From Acaryochloris marina MBIC11017 (GTDB lineage Bacteria > Cyanobacteriota > Cyanobacteriia > Thermosynechococcales > Thermosynechococcaceae): 64,000 nucleotides of DNA. How positions within the stretch are numbered: position 1 is the stretch's first letter; each line of letters begins with the position of its first letter. Below the pieces are notes generated by a model. The model made no database searches. It had not been told where the DNA came from and saw nothing but the letters and a program-made list of their open reading frames with translations. Positions 45,804 through 57,048 of this stretch are shown piece by piece. The DNA is taken from NCBI RefSeq assembly GCF_000018105.1, contig NC_009925.1:3790521-3854520 (forward strand), given 5' to 3'. The position numbers and the translations under genes are program-made.

Positions 45804-47801
45804 TTATTGACCCTTGACTGAATCCGTTTCGTGCCACCCTAATTGCACAGCTTGCTGTAAGGCTAGATCTGCCGTTTCTGTTTGGCCCACTGTTTGTAAG
45901 GCTTTGCTAAGGTTCACATAAGACTGAGCTTCATAGGGATAGAGCTGGATGGCGCGACGATAGGCTGCGATCGCACCCCCGTATTGCTGCTGTTGCATTA
46001 ACACTTTCCCCAGACTGGTATGGGTTGGCGCTGTTTCTGGGAGGAGCCGTAGGGTTTGGTGATACGCTTCAATCGTCTCTTTGGGTTTCTCCTGGAGAAC
46101 CAGCACATCTCCCCAGGATTGATAAACATATAAGTCGGCTAAATTTGGACTGATTTCCTGTGCTCGTTTGACATCAATAGGGTTGGCTCCAATTGCATCC
46201 TTATGAATGGTGTAGGTCATTGCATCATTCCCCACTCGATTAGCCCGATAGGCAGCTTGGATGACTTGGGGAGGGATAGCCTGACTTTGCTGTTGAAAGA
46301 ATTGAGAAGCAGCTGTGATGTCTGTCGGATTGTCCGTAGCGGTGGCTAAACAGTGATGGGCAGCAGAATTCTGGGCGTCAATGGCCAACCCTTGGCGGCA
46401 ATATTGAGCGGCTAATGTAGGTTGTTGGTTGGCCAGTAGTAACCGTCCCAACTGAGTATAAGCATGTACTTCTTTGTTGGAGTTTTGCCGCAATATGTCC
46501 AAGGCTTCTCTAGGGCGCTGTAACTTGACTAAGGTCTTGGCAATGTCCCTGTTGGCATATTTATTGAGTTGATATTCCTGCTGAAAACTGGTTAAGGCTA
46601 CTTTGACTTGACCTTTCTTGAATTGAACCTGACCTAGGCAAGACCATGTGTTTGCCAGATTTCTATCTTGTTCTTCTTTATGCCAAGGTGAGGATTGAAC
46701 CTGTAGATCGGTTAGAAGTTCTTTGGCTTGTTGGCAATTGCTTTCAGCCTTAGCTAATTGATTAGCTTGAATGTGTTTCTTAGCTTGTTCAAGCAAATGC
46801 TTGACATAAATTTTTTGAAATGGCCCCTCTGATTGCAAGTACTGCCTCGATATTGCCTTAGCTTCCTCCACTTGGTTGTGATCCACTAAGAATTGGATAA
46901 AGCCTAGAGCAATCGGTCTTGGACCGATAGGGTCTGTAAGTTCGAGAGATTTGCGAAAGGCTGATTTTGCTGGTTCGATACGATTTAATGAGTTGAGACT
47001 GAATGCTAACTTTTGATAGGCATAAGCTTCATTCTCTTTGTGGTTCAGGTATTGGCTATCGGTTTTAACCCCTGTACGGTAGGCTGCTAGTGCTTCATCT
47101 ACGCGGTTTGCGCGAACCAAAGCATCACCCAGCAATCGGTGAGAGAAACCTGAATTGGATTTGGACTTGAACCAAGTGTGACGAAAAGCAGTTAGTGCCT
47201 CATCTAGTTGGTCATGTTTGACCAAGGCATTCCCTAAATATTCATAAATCTTCCAATCTGGCTTTTCTGTAATAGCTTGGCGATAAGCTTTGATCGCTTC
47301 AGACAGCCGTCCTTCAGTCTCCAACGCTAGTCCGAGTCGAAAATGGACCTCTGCTTCCTGCATCCCTTTGGGGGCCTCAGGATAGCTTTTCATGATGCCC
47401 TGGCGAAAGGTTGAAATGGCATCTTCTGTCTTGTTCTGTTTCACTAGAGCTTTGCCCCAGCTTTGATAGATCCGCGAAACATTGGGAGGATTTAAGGCGA
47501 TGGCTTGCTGATAGTGACTAATCGCTTGATCGACCTGATTTTCAGCCACCAGAACCAAGCCCAACTGATGATGGGCTTCCGCATCTTTAGGGTTGAGCTT
47601 GAGGGCCTGTTCCCACACCTGGGTTTGTTGGGTCCTCGCTAACAATCGCTCTACTGGATTGTCTTGTTCGCCAGAGTTCTTGGCTGTCTCCGCAACGGGC
47701 TGAGCTGGTGATGGATGAGTTGAAATCAGGTGGTGACGATACAACAGACCGATAGACAATACACCTAAACAAGCAAGGGATAGGGCGGTCTTCTTTTTCA
47801 T
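45804..47801 (-). CDS. Secreted tetratricopeptide-repeat (TPR) protein
   Basis: It has an N-terminal signal peptide. Numerous 34-aa TPR units follow (W/LG-Y-A-F-A-P consensus, e.g. AEAHHQLGLVLVAENQVDQAISHYQQAIALNP). Confidence 0.8.
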   Translation of the reverse strand: MKKKTALSLACLGVLSIGLLYRHHLISTHPSPAQPVAETAKNSGEQDNPVERLLARTQQTQVWEQALKLNPKDAEAHHQLGLVLVAENQVDQAISHYQQAIALNPPNVSRIYQSWGKALVKQNKTEDAISTFRQGIMKSYPEAPKGMQEAEVHFRLGLALETEGRLSEAIKAYRQAITEKPDWKIYEYLGNALVKHDQLDEALTAFRHTWFKSKSNSGFSHRLLGDALVRANRVDEALAAYRTGVKTDSQYLNHKENEAYAYQKLAFSLNSLNRIEPAKSAFRKSLELTDPIGPRPIALGFIQFLVDHNQVEEAKAISRQYLQSEGPFQKIYVKHLLEQAKKHIQANQLAKAESNCQQAKELLTDLQVQSSPWHKEEQDRNLANTWSCLGQVQFKKGQVKVALTSFQQEYQLNKYANRDIAKTLVKLQRPREALDILRQNSNKEVHAYTQLGRLLLANQQPTLAAQYCRQGLAIDAQNSAAHHCLATATDNPTDITAASQFFQQQSQAIPPQVIQAAYRANRVGNDAMTYTIHKDAIGANPIDVKRAQEISPNLADLYVYQSWGDVLVLQEKPKETIEAYHQTLRLLPETAPTHTSLGKVLMQQQQYGGAIAAYRRAIQLYPYEAQSYVNLSKALQTVGQTETADLALQQAVQLGWHETDSVKGQ

Positions 47802-47856
47802 GGCAATTCAGGGAGAGATGAAATCGATTAAGGCGAAATGAGTGCTAAAGAACGGG

Positions 47857-48924
47857 CTACAACCGCGATTTGGCTTTGGCTAGATTGTCTTTTGCTTCCG
47901 TCAAATTGGGGTTGAGGGAGAGGGCTTGTTCGAAGGATGCGATCGCAGCTTGAATCTCTCCATGTTCCAGCAATGCTCTCCCCAAACCGCTATGAATATT
48001 AGCGTCATCAGGCTGTAATCGAAGGGCTGCACGATAGGCGTCGATACCCATGTGAAGATGTTGATAGGGCATAGTTGCCCCAGCTTGTGCGTAAGACTGA
48101 GCCGCCGCCGCTAGCTGACCTGCCTTTTCTTGGGCAGATGCCAGGGAATAGTACATGTGGCCCGTCGGATGGATGACAATCGCTTTTTGGTAAGCGCGGA
48201 TAGCGGGCTGGTATTGCTCAAGCGCCACAAAATCATGGCCCACACCTCGCCAGGCTAACGCTTTGCTGTCGGTATACGAGGATTCCAAATCCTTTAAACC
48301 GTTCGACATCTCATTGGCCGCAATTTGTTGTTGATAGCCCTGCACATAGGCCATCATCGCCGCTTCGGCATCACCTTTGGCGACTAACGTTTGGCCTAAG
48401 CCGAAATAAAGCGTTTCATCTCCTGGGTAAAGAGCAATCGCCCGCTTTCGATACCGCAATGCTGCATCAACTTCCTGATGTTGAGTCAGAAGATGGGCCA
48501 GTTGAGTACGAGCGTGAGCGTCATACCATGCCGAGCTTCTGGCCGTAAACTGAGTCTCAAGCACCAGAGCCTGGCGAAGTGCTGGCAAGGCCTCTTCCAG
48601 TCGTTGGAGCTGGACCAACACCTCTGCCATCTGACGATATACCTGGGAGTTGGTGGTATCCACCGCCAAAGATTGACGATAAGCAATTATGGCTGCCGCT
48701 AATTTACCGTCTTGGGCTAAACGATTGCCTTGCTTAAAAAGCTGCTCAGCTGTTGTAGAGGGCTGAGTTGGGGTCTCTTTAACCTGTTGATGAGGCAGAT
48801 CTAAGGGTTGCGAAGGTGCCGCTGGTGAGGCAACGACCAAGGCATTCAGCCAAACCAAGGCCAGAGAGGAAACTGTTTTCATAGAAGTAACCACAATAGG
48901 GAATCGGTCTGACAGCGCTCCCAT
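47857..48924 (-). CDS. Secreted TPR-repeat protein
   Basis: It has a signal peptide. TPR units (AAIIAYRQSLAVDTTNSQVYRQMAEVLV...) run throughout. Confidence 0.8.
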   Translation of the reverse strand: MGALSDRFPIVVTSMKTVSSLALVWLNALVVASPAAPSQPLDLPHQQVKETPTQPSTTAEQLFKQGNRLAQDGKLAAAIIAYRQSLAVDTTNSQVYRQMAEVLVQLQRLEEALPALRQALVLETQFTARSSAWYDAHARTQLAHLLTQHQEVDAALRYRKRAIALYPGDETLYFGLGQTLVAKGDAEAAMMAYVQGYQQQIAANEMSNGLKDLESSYTDSKALAWRGVGHDFVALEQYQPAIRAYQKAIVIHPTGHMYYSLASAQEKAGQLAAAAQSYAQAGATMPYQHLHMGIDAYRAALRLQPDDANIHSGLGRALLEHGEIQAAIASFEQALSLNPNLTEAKDNLAKAKSRL

Positions 48925-49083
48925 TCACCGTCAGACCTAGAGTGGGCAAAGCTTCCTGGGGGAATGTCACTTGCGCCAAACTATATTGATAGTATCGGCA
49001 GTTTTATATAGTATTTCAGTGATATGTGCCTGAAAGGCGAGTGACACTTATCACGCTGCAAGCATCTAAAAAGGTCCGATCGA

Positions 49084-50073
49084 TCAAGATACCTTTTTTA
49101 GAAGCTTACGCCAGATCGTCTGCAGGCGAAGTTGGGTGATCCGCATGGGCGTGAGAGGCACAATACCAGCTTGTTGATGGGGTTGAGCGTCAAAAAATGC
49201 GTTAACCTCAGTCAGAATTACCTGCAGCCTGTGCAGAATATTCTCCGTCCGATATTCGGCTAAGACCGATTCTGGTAAACCAACGGCTTGCTCAGACTGC
49301 AACACCTGCTGAATCCGCTGTACATCAAAGGTGAGGGAGTGCCCTGCAATTTTGTAACAGTTGAAACCTGGATCTAAGTAATCTGACAACCCACCATTAA
49401 TACTTGAAAACACCTGACAGCCACAGGCCATTGCTTCCATCGGCTGTAATCCAAAGCCTTCACTCACCTTTTGTTGCGCCCAATATTCGGCTGAATCGTA
49501 GAGATACACTTTGGCTCGATTAAAAAGCTTGGATAAATCTTCGACATAGCTATCGACCACCATCACGTTGCAAACCTGCTGCAAGGCTGGAATCAGCTCC
49601 TGTAATAGATAAGTTGAAGATTTCCGGGCTTGCACCAATACATCAATATTCCGGTCCAGATTTAAGTTCTGAAAATTGTCTGAAATTTGGTTGGGTAAGT
49701 AGTACAGCAGGGAATGGGGCGATCGCTGTCCCCAATAGCCCAAGGTATTTCGACTGACGGTAATAATAGGAACCCTGGCAGGTAGAGTAAAGCCATAGCC
49801 TGAGCTATGGGCATGGTAAATCACGTTATAGTCGATTAACTGTTGCGCCAGTTGCCCCACATCGAAGCCCCAGCTAATCACCAAAATGGCTTGATCGAGG
49901 GGTTGATTGAGTAAATCAGCTAGGAATAGAGTGTCAGGCTCCCGCTGTTTGTAGGTGACTACCTCTGCCGAACAGATCTGCTGGGCCAATTTCAAGGTTT
50001 TCAGTTCGGCCCAAAGGCCACCGCAGGCATACTTACCGCCTAACCCTGGAACCAGAAAATATAACTTGCGCAT
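49084..50073 (-). CDS. Glycosyltransferase, GT-B fold (GT4-like)
   Basis: The C-terminal motif is SEGFGLQPMEAMACGCQVFSS. The N-terminus is GGKYACGGL-like. Confidence 0.55.
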   Translation of the reverse strand: MRKLYFLVPGLGGKYACGGLWAELKTLKLAQQICSAEVVTYKQREPDTLFLADLLNQPLDQAILVISWGFDVGQLAQQLIDYNVIYHAHSSGYGFTLPARVPIITVSRNTLGYWGQRSPHSLLYYLPNQISDNFQNLNLDRNIDVLVQARKSSTYLLQELIPALQQVCNVMVVDSYVEDLSKLFNRAKVYLYDSAEYWAQQKVSEGFGLQPMEAMACGCQVFSSINGGLSDYLDPGFNCYKIAGHSLTFDVQRIQQVLQSEQAVGLPESVLAEYRTENILHRLQVILTEVNAFFDAQPHQQAGIVPLTPMRITQLRLQTIWRKLLKKVS

Positions 50074-50173
50074 ACCTCAAGCCTGTCGACTAGAGATAGT
50101 GTAAGCCGCCAATGCTGAAATTGAACGCTGGATATTAAGATTAGAGAGTTCTGCAAGCCGTCCCTATTTCCCC

Positions 50174-50791
50174 ATGCAACCTCGCCGAATTGCCCGTGAA
50201 TTGGCACTTTTAAGTATTGGTCAATTGCCTAGCAATTCCGATCGCCTCGCCAACCAAGATTTGCAAGCTGTGATGATTACGGCGGTACGGACCCTGGTGG
50301 CTGAAGTGCAAGAAGCACTAGAAACGGCAAGTGCTGAACTAAAACGGGGTAGCGATCGCATCCTCGATAGCGAACTCAAAGCCATTGATGTGCAGAGTTC
50401 GCGGGCGATGGTCACCGAAGCCATTGACCTCACCAAAACAGCCGTCAACCGCTTAGGGCTAGCGATTGACTTTCCCGAATTTATCCAGCTGGCCAATCAA
50501 CAGTCAGTCCGAGACTACACCCTCGACTTAATTGGAGCCGTTCACCATCATCGTGACGAAATTGACCAAATCCTAGAAACATCCTTGGTAGATTGGCAGC
50601 TCCATCGATTAGCCCATATCGATGCCAATTTGTTGCGGTTGGCCGTTGCTGAAATGAAGTATTTGGATATTCCCAATCAAGTAGCGATTAACGAATCTGT
50701 CGAGCTGGCCAAAAAATATAGCGCCGAAGAGGGTCATCGCTTTATTAATGGTGTTTTGCGGCGGGTAACCCGTCAGATCGCGGTACCTTAA
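50174..50791 (+). CDS. nusB: Transcription antitermination factor NusB
   Basis: It is about 205 aa. The N-terminus is RRIARELALLSIGQL and the conserved C-terminal segment is RFINGVLRRV. It is followed by ftsY, as is common in cyanobacteria. Confidence 0.8.
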   Translation: MQPRRIARELALLSIGQLPSNSDRLANQDLQAVMITAVRTLVAEVQEALETASAELKRGSDRILDSELKAIDVQSSRAMVTEAIDLTKTAVNRLGLAIDFPEFIQLANQQSVRDYTLDLIGAVHHHRDEIDQILETSLVDWQLHRLAHIDANLLRLAVAEMKYLDIPNQVAINESVELAKKYSAEEGHRFINGVLRRVTRQIAVP

Positions 50792-50845
50792 TATGCGGTA
50801 GGTTGAAATCAAATCCGCCCCCATCGTTTCGTTTAGGAAAAGGTC

Positions 50846-52351
50846 ATGGTTTTTAATTGGTTTCGTCGCCAATTTAATAAGGAAGAAGCTGAGGAGCAAG
50901 ATACACCACCTGCAGTGGAAGCGGAGCAAGATGCCCCCAGCGACGACAGTGAAGATAGCGACGATGCCGAAGAGACCAGTGAAGCTGAAGATTATCGCAG
51001 TTGGGCCGAGACAGCCTTCCAAAAGATCCAAGAGCGACAGCAAGAAACTACTGCTGAGACCGTTGCACCAGCCGTCGATGCTAAAAGTACCTCAACAGAT
51101 GAAGTAATCGTTTCCCCAGACGTCGAGGTAGAGAGCTCCGCAGTAGCTGAGGTCACCCCAGAAGCTGACCCTGAGCCTTCTCCAGAGGCCACCTCCACCA
51201 CGGCTGAAATCGAGGAAATTGATGCAGTCGCACCCGAGGTTGCCTCTTCTCCTGAGCCGATTGCAGCAACTCCAGCACCGGTTGCAAAAACTGAATCGCC
51301 TAGCCAAACCTCCCCTCCCGCCAAACCTTCTCCCTCAGATCTGCAGTTTGATGAAGGGTTTTTATGGTCTGCGGAAGTATTAGCAGCCCAGGGCCGTCGT
51401 CCTGAAGAAGTCTCCGTTGAAGAGATTTCCTGGCTGCAAAAGCTGCGCCAAGGACTAGGCAAAACACGACGGGGTTTAGCCAACCAACTCAAATCGGTGG
51501 TAGGCCAAGGCCCGTTGAATGCCGATGCGGTGATGGCAATTGAGTCATTATTGCTGCAGGCAGATGTGGGGATTTCGGCGACAGATAAATTAATCGAAGC
51601 CTTGCAGACCAAAGTTCGGGAAGAAACCCTGCCCCCGGATGCTGCGATCGCATATCTCAAAGAGATTATGCAGGATATCCTCGATGCCCCAACCCAAAAG
51701 AACTACAGTCCTAACTTTGCCCCCAAACGGGAGGGAATGAATATCTGGTTAATGACCGGGGTCAACGGCGCCGGTAAAACCACGACTATCGGCAAACTAG
51801 CTCATATTTCTAAGGAGTCGGGGTACGACTGTCTGATTGCAGCTGCCGACACCTTCAGAGCTGCAGCCGTCGAACAAGTAAAGGTGTGGGGACAGCGTAG
51901 CAATGTCGATGTGATTGCGAATCCTGGTCAAAATACAGACCCTGCTGCTGTCGTCTTCGATGCCATTACTGCCGCCCAAAAGCGCAATATTGATCTGTTG
52001 CTGGTGGACACAGCCGGGCGCCTCCAGAATAAGAAGAACCTGATGGATGAACTCAACAAAGTTCGACGGATTGTCAGCAAGAAAGCCCCAGATGCTCATA
52101 TCGAGTCCCTGTTGGTGCTGGATGCCACTTTGGGCCAAAACGGGTTGCGACAAGCCCAGGTCTTTTCCGAGGCGGCTGAATTAACGGGAGTCGTACTGAC
52201 CAAACTGGATGGCTCTGCTAAAGGTGGGGTTGCTCTAGCGGTGGTTCAGGAGTTAGGTCTGCCCATTCGATTTATAGGTGCAGGCGAAGGCATTACGGAC
52301 TTGCGCCCCTTTTCTAGCTATGAATTTGTCGAGGCACTCCTGAGCACCTAG
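50846..52351 (+). CDS. ftsY: Signal recognition particle receptor FtsY, with an acidic N-terminal A domain and an NG GTPase domain
   Basis: The N-terminus is acidic and low-complexity. GTPase motif G1 is [16 protein letters not shown]3 is DTAGR and G4 is TKLDG. Confidence 0.9.
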   Translation: MVFNWFRRQFNKEEAEEQDTPPAVEAEQDAPSDDSEDSDDAEETSEAEDYRSWAETAFQKIQERQQETTAETVAPAVDAKSTSTDEVIVSPDVEVESSAVAEVTPEADPEPSPEATSTTAEIEEIDAVAPEVASSPEPIAATPAPVAKTESPSQTSPPAKPSPSDLQFDEGFLWSAEVLAAQGRRPEEVSVEEISWLQKLRQGLGKTRRGLANQLKSVVGQGPLNADAVMAIESLLLQADVGISATDKLIEALQTKVREETLPPDAAIAYLKEIMQDILDAPTQKNYSPNFAPKREGMNIWLMTGVNGAGKTTTIGKLAHISKESGYDCLIAAADTFRAAAVEQVKVWGQRSNVDVIANPGQNTDPAAVVFDAITAAQKRNIDLLLVDTAGRLQNKKNLMDELNKVRRIVSKKAPDAHIESLLVLDATLGQNGLRQAQVFSEAAELTGVVLTKLDGSAKGGVALAVVQELGLPIRFIGAGEGITDLRPFSSYEFVEALLST

Positions 52352-52780
52352 TCTTTTTTGATCTATAAAAAAAATGCTTCATAGTTTCATTGCCCCATCT
52401 TGATGCCAGAGCTCCTTCAAAAATGGTTGGCAATCTCACCAGAAGTGCGCTATACCAGATTGAAGAAAACAACTGATATTGGTCATGTTGTTTTCTTTTT
52501 AGGAGTGGTATCACAATTTTCGCAGTTATTCTTGGTGGGTTCCTGATAATTGCTACAGTTCACAGCAATTTCAGAAGCGTTTAGCAATGTAGATAGATTA
52601 TTCTTCTAAAGAGAAAGTGTATCGGAGTATACTGTTACATCCCTAGTACTTGTCTATTTTTCTTTAGTTAGAGTGCAACTGCCCAAAGGGTTGACAAGAG
52701 TGCTAAGCTTACTGGGCATAACTATCAATAAGTAACGCAACACTCGTTTTCCCCTACGATACTGGCTTGTATTTGCCTTT

Positions 52781-54205
52781 ATGTCTCGAGTTCCACTTCC
52801 AAACCAACCTTCCCAATCTTTGGATTTAGACTATCCAGGGGTGGCGACAAACGTGGCAACTGTGACAGCGCTGCAAGAGCTTGTTTCCCATCTCCGTCGA
52901 GAACAGGCAAAAGCGCAAGATTTATTGAGTTCCCTAAGCTTTTCGTTAAGGAGCTTTAATAATCTCAATCAGTTCCTCGCCTTAATTCCTCTAATTGTTA
53001 GCCGTGTGACCGATGCGGATGCTGCCGCTTTAATTTTGTTTCGTCCTAATGGACAAGTCTCTTTAGAGCAGCTTTACTGCCACGAAGGACAGCAATGTCG
53101 AAATATTCGCTTAGCCCTAGAAAATGTGACCCGTCAGTTTACGGTTAATGGTTCTCCTGCTAAGCAACCGAACCTAGTTCTAGAACAACAGCTGGGCCAT
53201 CTTTTGGGCACAAACTATCAGTGGTTTAGTACCGCTATTTTAGTCCGAAATTTTGAACTCCATGAGCGCGGTCGGCTGTACCTGTTTAGCAGCAATCCTG
53301 ACTATGAATGGACTGAAACGCGGCAAAAGCTGGCTCAATTAGTTGCGGATCAAACGGCGGTTGCCATTGAAAATGACACCCTGACCACCCAACTCCGTAA
53401 GCAAGAGCGGATTACCCGTGAGCTAGAGATTGGGGCAGAGATTCAAGCTCGCTTATTACCCAACTATTCTCCCAAAATTGAAGGTGTTGCCCTAGCGGCC
53501 ACCTGTCAAACCGCCAATCAGGTGGGGGGAGATTATTACGACTTTATTCCGATTTATCGACAGTTACCGACCTCCCGCCAATATCGCCTCAACCAGGCCG
53601 ATCGTTGGGGGCTGGTCATTGGTGATGTCATGGGTAAAGGCGTCCCTGCTGGGCTGATTATGACCATGACCCGCGGTATTTTGCGGGCAGATGCGTTGCA
53701 TCATCACTCTCCAGCTGAGATTTTGAAAAATCTCAATCAGGTCATGTATGCCGATTTAGAAAATTCTAATCGGTTTGTGACGCTGTTTTATTCAGAATAT
53801 GACCCTAAGACTCGTCAACTAAGCTTTAGTAACGCGGCTCATAATCCGCCGTTGCTGTGGCGCGCTCGGGAAAATGTGATTGAGCGTTTAGATACAGACG
53901 GTATGCTGATTGGCCTAGATGCCAATACCGAGTATCAGGAGGATAAGGTTACTCTCTCTCCAGGGGATACGATTATCTACTATACCGATGGCTTTACGGA
54001 TGCTGCCGGTCCCAATGGTGATCGCTTCGATGAAGAGAACTTAATTGCGGTGTTTCAAGAAGCTTGCCACACCTGCCATGGCCCGCAAGAGATTCTGGAT
54101 TACCTATTTGAGCGCTTGCAAGCTTTTATGGGTGAGCGCAACCAAAGTGGTGATGATGTAACCCTGATCGTCATGCAAATCACACCCATGTTGATGACGT
54201 TTTAA
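52781..54205 (+). CDS. GAF-domain / PP2C-type (SpoIIE/PPM) protein phosphatase
   Basis: The C-terminal PPM motifs are GGDYYDF, VIGDVMGKGVPAGLIM and YYTDGFTDA. The N-terminal ~200 aa are GAF-like. Confidence 0.8.
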   Translation: MSRVPLPNQPSQSLDLDYPGVATNVATVTALQELVSHLRREQAKAQDLLSSLSFSLRSFNNLNQFLALIPLIVSRVTDADAAALILFRPNGQVSLEQLYCHEGQQCRNIRLALENVTRQFTVNGSPAKQPNLVLEQQLGHLLGTNYQWFSTAILVRNFELHERGRLYLFSSNPDYEWTETRQKLAQLVADQTAVAIENDTLTTQLRKQERITRELEIGAEIQARLLPNYSPKIEGVALAATCQTANQVGGDYYDFIPIYRQLPTSRQYRLNQADRWGLVIGDVMGKGVPAGLIMTMTRGILRADALHHHSPAEILKNLNQVMYADLENSNRFVTLFYSEYDPKTRQLSFSNAAHNPPLLWRARENVIERLDTDGMLIGLDANTEYQEDKVTLSPGDTIIYYTDGFTDAAGPNGDRFDEENLIAVFQEACHTCHGPQEILDYLFERLQAFMGERNQSGDDVTLIVMQITPMLMTF

Positions 54206-54214
54206 GAGCGCCGC

Positions 54215-55240
54215 TTGAGTTTTAACATTCCTTCTAGGGATGTTAGGGGGTGTTGCATAAATGGTAACTCACCCAATAGCGAGGTTGAAACCCACCATAA
54301 TCAGGGCAATGTAACATTTGTCAGGGTTATGACAGTAGAACACAAACGCTTTACTGCACCTTTGTGGGGAACGGTAGTCGGAGCTGTGCTCTTGGCTAGC
54401 TGCTCAACGCCAATGACTGAGACCGTTTCGGAGTCGGGTGAAGCACCCCAAGCGGCCCAGTCAGAGTTAGCTGACCTCAGTAATAATGTGTCTGCACCTG
54501 CGGATGCTGCTCCACCGAAAGCTGAGCCGCAACTGATTAAGCGGGCCAATATGACCCTACGGGTTGAAAAAGTAGCCCCGGCCCTCAAGGCAGTCGCCAA
54601 AATTGTCAAAACACAACAAGGTGATGTGGTGGGCCTGCAGGATCAAGTGCCTCCAGATGAGTCAGTGCGTCATCAGGCATCTATGGAATTGCGCATCCCC
54701 CAGACTAAATTAGAGGCCACCCTGGAGCAGTTAGCCCAGATTGGCAAGGTACAGAACCGTTCGATTGAAGCGGAAGATGTGTCTACTCAACTGGTAGATT
54801 TTCAAGCCCGGCTCAAAAATCTTCGCAAGTCAGAAGAAGTGGTGTTGAAGATTATGGATCGATCTGGCTCTGTGGCGGATGTTCTCAAAGTTTCGCAAGA
54901 GCTGAAAACAATTCGCCAACAGATTGAACAAATCGATGCTCAGGTGAAACGGTTACAGGCACAAGTCGCCTATTCAACAGTGAATCTCAGTTTGGAATCT
55001 GCGATCGCAACTACGCCACCCCAAGCTTCCCTCGGCGAACGCCTCCAAGAAGCTTGGTCCCAGTCTACCCATGCGGTAGTCAATCTCACCTTTGGCATCC
55101 TGGGGTTTCTGGTGTGGGTTGTGGTCTTTTTGCCTTACATTCTTGGCCTAGTCTTGGTGCAATTTGTGGTTAAACGGTTGATACAGCGCCGGAGTAACGG
55201 AACCGTGACAGCCGCCAATAACGAGTCCATTAGTGGGTAA
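54215..55240 (+). CDS. DUF4349-like lipoprotein with a coiled coil and a C-terminal TM anchor
   Basis: The lipobox is LLASCSTP. A central coiled coil (LKNLRKSEEVVLKIM...IEQIDAQVKRLQAQV) precedes a C-terminal hydrophobic helix. The true start is probably the internal Met near 54329. Confidence 0.45.
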   Translation: MSFNIPSRDVRGCCINGNSPNSEVETHHNQGNVTFVRVMTVEHKRFTAPLWGTVVGAVLLASCSTPMTETVSESGEAPQAAQSELADLSNNVSAPADAAPPKAEPQLIKRANMTLRVEKVAPALKAVAKIVKTQQGDVVGLQDQVPPDESVRHQASMELRIPQTKLEATLEQLAQIGKVQNRSIEAEDVSTQLVDFQARLKNLRKSEEVVLKIMDRSGSVADVLKVSQELKTIRQQIEQIDAQVKRLQAQVAYSTVNLSLESAIATTPPQASLGERLQEAWSQSTHAVVNLTFGILGFLVWVVVFLPYILGLVLVQFVVKRLIQRRSNGTVTAANNESISG

Positions 55241-56540
55241 GGGAGGCAATGGATTTAGGAACAGCGGCCGTGAGAACCTCATGACCTGTTTCTGTGAGCA
55301 GCACATCATCCTCAATGCGAATCCCAATTCCTCGCCATCGCTCGGGTACTTCTGGCTGATCTTCGTCTAGTTGAATATCGGGACCGATGTAAATGCCAGG
55401 TTCTACCGTCACAACATGTCCGGCTTGTAATGGCTGCCATGTGTCCTTATCCTTTTTGTAGACGCCCACATCATGGACATCTAGCCCCAACCAATGGCCT
55501 GTGCGGTGCATGTAAAAGGGTTTATATTTTTCTTCTTCAATCAGCTTATCGACCTCGCCTTTGAGTAAGCCCAGATCGACTAAGCCTTGGGTCAGGACTT
55601 TGACCGCTGCGTCGTGGAAGGCGTTGTAAGGATTGCCCGGTTGCACTTGTGCGATCGCAGCTTCTTGCGCAGCTAAAACTAACTCATACAGGGTCTTTTG
55701 CTCTGCCGTAAATGTCCCACTGACGGGAAAGGTGCGGGTAATATCGGCGTTGTAATACTGATAACTGCAGCCTGCATCAATCAACAGTAAATCTTGCTCC
55801 TGGAGCTGGCAGGTATTTTCCGTGTAGTGCAAAATGCAGCCATTGACCCCCGCTGCCACAATGGAAGGATAGGCGGGGCCTAAGCCACCTCGTAAACGAA
55901 ACAACCGTTCCATCTCTGCTTGGATTTCATATTCATAGCGGCCAGGTTGGGCGACTTCTCGGGCTAAATTATGCGCTTCGACAGAAATATCAATAGCCTT
56001 ACGCATCAAATCTAGTTCAGTCTCACTTTTAATCAGCCGCTGAGGATGGAGCACTGTCATGGGATCTTCTAGGGCAACAGGACCAAACCCATCCTTGCGG
56101 ACTTTGATCAGCGATCGCTGCCAGTGCTTCAAAATCGTTTGATTAAAGGGCTGATCTAATCCCAGATGAAAGTAAATCCGATCGGCACCTGCTAGATATT
56201 GGGGTAGATGTTCATCCAGCTCCTCAATGGGATACACGGCATCGGCCCCATATTCTTCTTTTGCGAGATCGACCCCTACTCGATACCCTGTCCACGTCTC
56301 CATCAACGGATCTTTAGGTTGCACAAACAGCACAAACTGGTGCTCTTCATGGTGGGGAGCTAGCACGGCCACTGCATTGGGCTCGTTAAACCCCGTCAAG
56401 TAGAAAAAGTCACTTTCTTGTCGGAAGTTATATTCCACATCACTATGCATCACCGCCATCGGGGCACTACGAAAAATTCCGGCCCCCGACCCCATGGCTT
56501 CCATCAGGTTTTGGCGGCGTTGGCGATATTCTGCTTGCAT
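55230..56540 (-). CDS. pepP: Xaa-Pro aminopeptidase (M24B)
   Basis: It has the pita-bread fold metal ligands and the motif HRTGHWLGLDVHD, plus an N-terminal AMP_N domain. Confidence 0.85.
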   Translation of the reverse strand: MQAEYRQRRQNLMEAMGSGAGIFRSAPMAVMHSDVEYNFRQESDFFYLTGFNEPNAVAVLAPHHEEHQFVLFVQPKDPLMETWTGYRVGVDLAKEEYGADAVYPIEELDEHLPQYLAGADRIYFHLGLDQPFNQTILKHWQRSLIKVRKDGFGPVALEDPMTVLHPQRLIKSETELDLMRKAIDISVEAHNLAREVAQPGRYEYEIQAEMERLFRLRGGLGPAYPSIVAAGVNGCILHYTENTCQLQEQDLLLIDAGCSYQYYNADITRTFPVSGTFTAEQKTLYELVLAAQEAAIAQVQPGNPYNAFHDAAVKVLTQGLVDLGLLKGEVDKLIEEEKYKPFYMHRTGHWLGLDVHDVGVYKKDKDTWQPLQAGHVVTVEPGIYIGPDIQLDEDQPEVPERWRGIGIRIEDDVLLTETGHEVLTAAVPKSIASLTH

Positions 56541-56646
56541 AAGACGTTCAATCAGGCTGACGAGCTTCTCTACTTATTGTGCAGCAAATTGCCTTAGAGA
56601 GCGTTGCGTTCCTGATTTTGGGTGGCCTAGTTGGTGTGATTTAGCG

Positions 56647-57048
56647 TTAGCGACTAGTGCAGACCCAACGAGTAATTTTACAGTTAGGACCAAATTGTCT
56701 ACAGGACTGCAATGCAAAGGATTCAGCAGTAGGTCGATCGACCCCCCAACCTGAACCTGCAGAATTGTCTGGGGTCTGTGCTAAGGCTCCACAAGCATTT
56801 TGGAACACAACTAGAGACTTACAATCTCCTGTGCCTGAATAGTTTTCACAGTAACGGAGTGCTGCATTTTGGGCCGCCTGAGCAGTTGAATAATCATAGG
56901 AATATCCATGACTACCTGTCGCTGTAGAGTATGCGATCGCACCATAATTATTGCCATTGGCTGATGCTGGCTGGACGGCCACGAGACTAACCGTTGGCAT
57001 GCTAAAAGCCGTGACCATCAATACTTGAGCAAGTTTAGAATGAATCAT
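56647..57048 (-). CDS. Secreted DUF4189-like Cys-containing protein
   Basis: It has a signal peptide. The pattern GAIAYS...G..GYSYDYSTAQAAQNAALRYC...GDC...FQNACGALA is characteristic of DUF4189. Confidence 0.45.
   Translation of the reverse strand: MIHSKLAQVLMVTAFSMPTVSLVAVQPASANGNNYGAIAYSTATGSHGYSYDYSTAQAAQNAALRYCENYSGTGDCKSLVVFQNACGALAQTPDNSAGSGWGVDRPTAESFALQSCRQFGPNCKITRWVCTSR

Noticed and set aside
50992-51660. 222-aa minus-strand ORF
   Set aside because: It lies antisense to the acidic, low-complexity N-terminal domain of ftsY. It is Ser/Gly/Ala-rich with no motifs, so it is an artefact.
52691-52724. TTGACA ... TAACTA as a promoter upstream of the GAF-PP2C gene
   Set aside because: The spacer between the two hexamers is about 22 nt, which is too long for a sigma-70 promoter. 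It was not reported as a feature.
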